Below, piece by piece: positions 62,630-64,000 of a DNA stretch of 64,000 nt. Position numbers and translations under genes: made by a program. The first letter of the stretch is position 1; every line of letters starts with the position of its first letter. The notes below the pieces were generated by a model. That model was not told where the DNA came from. It made no database searches and saw nothing but the letters and a program-made list of their open reading frames with translations. The stretch lies in contig NC_092674.1 of assembly GCF_964355755.1 (NCBI RefSeq), positions 29,450,001 through 29,514,000 on the forward strand, written 5' to 3'. The DNA comes from Antedon mediterranea (taxonomy: Eukaryota; Animalia; Echinodermata).

Positions 62630-64000
62630 TAATTTTTTTTCTTTTTTACATATTCCTCATTGATAGAATTAATTATCCTGTATCAACAATAACAAAGGTG
62701 AATGCCGCCTATTTTAAAAAAAAATGTTTCCCCCTCTTTTTAAATGATAATTTACCAGCTGGTACAAATGGAGACTATCGTCTGCTAATTTTTTAAAAGT
62801 CTACTGGAAAGAGTACTTTATTCCATACTGATATATTCCCTCATTGTTGTATTTTATTGTATGGTATATTGTAATTTTGTATGCTTGAAAATATGTAAAT
62901 TTGTTTTTTTATTGAGTTGTATTAAAGTGAACTTGTTTTCTGATGTTGATGTACCACTGATACTTCTATACTACAATAATTGTTCAGTACTGTTTATATA
63001 ACTTTACAGCTTTCTAATCATTCCATCACTTTAGTAAAATTCAAATGCGGTTAGAATTACTCTTTATTGTTTTTGTATTTGGGTCAAGACCTCGTTGACC
63101 TTATTTAAACTGTTGACTGATTTACACTACAGCAATTACTATACAGTTTAAATCTTTTGTTTTGTGTTCGAACTGTATTGATGTATCTGTAATTAAATAT
63201 GGTGTATACCACGTTAATAGGAATTCAACAGACTGAAGAAAGACTTGACAATTTGTACTGTGCTAGATACTCTCTGTCAGATACAGATAGAAATTGCAAA
63301 CTTTATCTTGATGATACAGTACTGTATATACAGTAATTTACAGTTTTAAGTTAATGTTGAACATGAAGCTATTTTCTAGCTCCATGGTTGAACTAATAAT
63401 TAATAAAATAATCATGTAACTTAAGTGTATAAATATGTACAATTAAGCAATGGTTAAACAGTTAATTCCAAACATATATTTAAGCTGTATGTTTGCTGTA
63501 CATACGGTACAGTGTACAAAAGTAAAAAGATTTGTGGTCTGGCTCACTAATTCTTTTTATTTGATTTTTCATTCTATTATTTTATTATATACTGTAATTG
63601 TATATTTAATATTACTTACAGTAGCACCAGCTAGTTAGAATATCTTTCTTTCAAAATGAATGTTGTGCAGGTATAAATATACTTGAAACTGTCATACTTT
63701 AGTTGTTGTACATAAGAGGTCTCATTGTCAAGGTCAAATGATATAAAATCTGACCTTGATAGACTTGATTGAATGAGTCACTGTAGATATTGTGTGTTTG
63801 ACCTCATGTAATACATACTGTAGGTTAGGTTATGATACTACATATTTTTACTTTAATAACAACAATTCTACTTTTTATTATCATTTTATTGCTATGAGCA
63901 GTTGAAAATAAAATTATTACCAATTTTAAATTAACATTGTTGAAACACAAACTGCAACTGTTTGTTTTTAAAAAATACCCTGGCGTGTCATCATCAATAA

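Overview
AT-rich, intron-rich animal genomic DNA. The gene set, the Deu/Nin- and CORE-type SINEs and the mosaic CpG pattern suggest an invertebrate deuterostome such as an echinoderm; this is inference. Seven spliced protein-coding genes were assembled by hand from GT-AG exons with consistent phase: the 3' part of an LMO7/LIMCH1/Smallish-like PDZ-coiled coil-LIM gene (+), SREBP (+, complete, with an intronic miR-33 hairpin), COMMD8 (+), a divergent three-exon FGF-like gene with a mucin-like stalk (-), an SLC13/INDY transporter (+), ALG5 (+) and the 5' end of Smad1/5/8 (+). Introns carry many MITEs (two abundant PIF/Harbinger-like families), tRNA-derived SINEs, a 1.8 kb element with a 5-bp target-site duplication (TSD), and minisatellites. 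The most interesting signals are: (1) the atypical FGF-like gene, of which the ORF track shows only exon 1; (2) candidate frame-preserving microexons in the LMO7-like gene; (3) three independent tandem duplications of 3' splice sites, one disrupted by a MITE; (4) two MITE families that partition between CpG-poor and CpG-rich domains; (5) ALG5-Smad1/5/8 adjacency as in human ALG5-SMAD9. No database searches were run; homology calls rest on recalled motifs.
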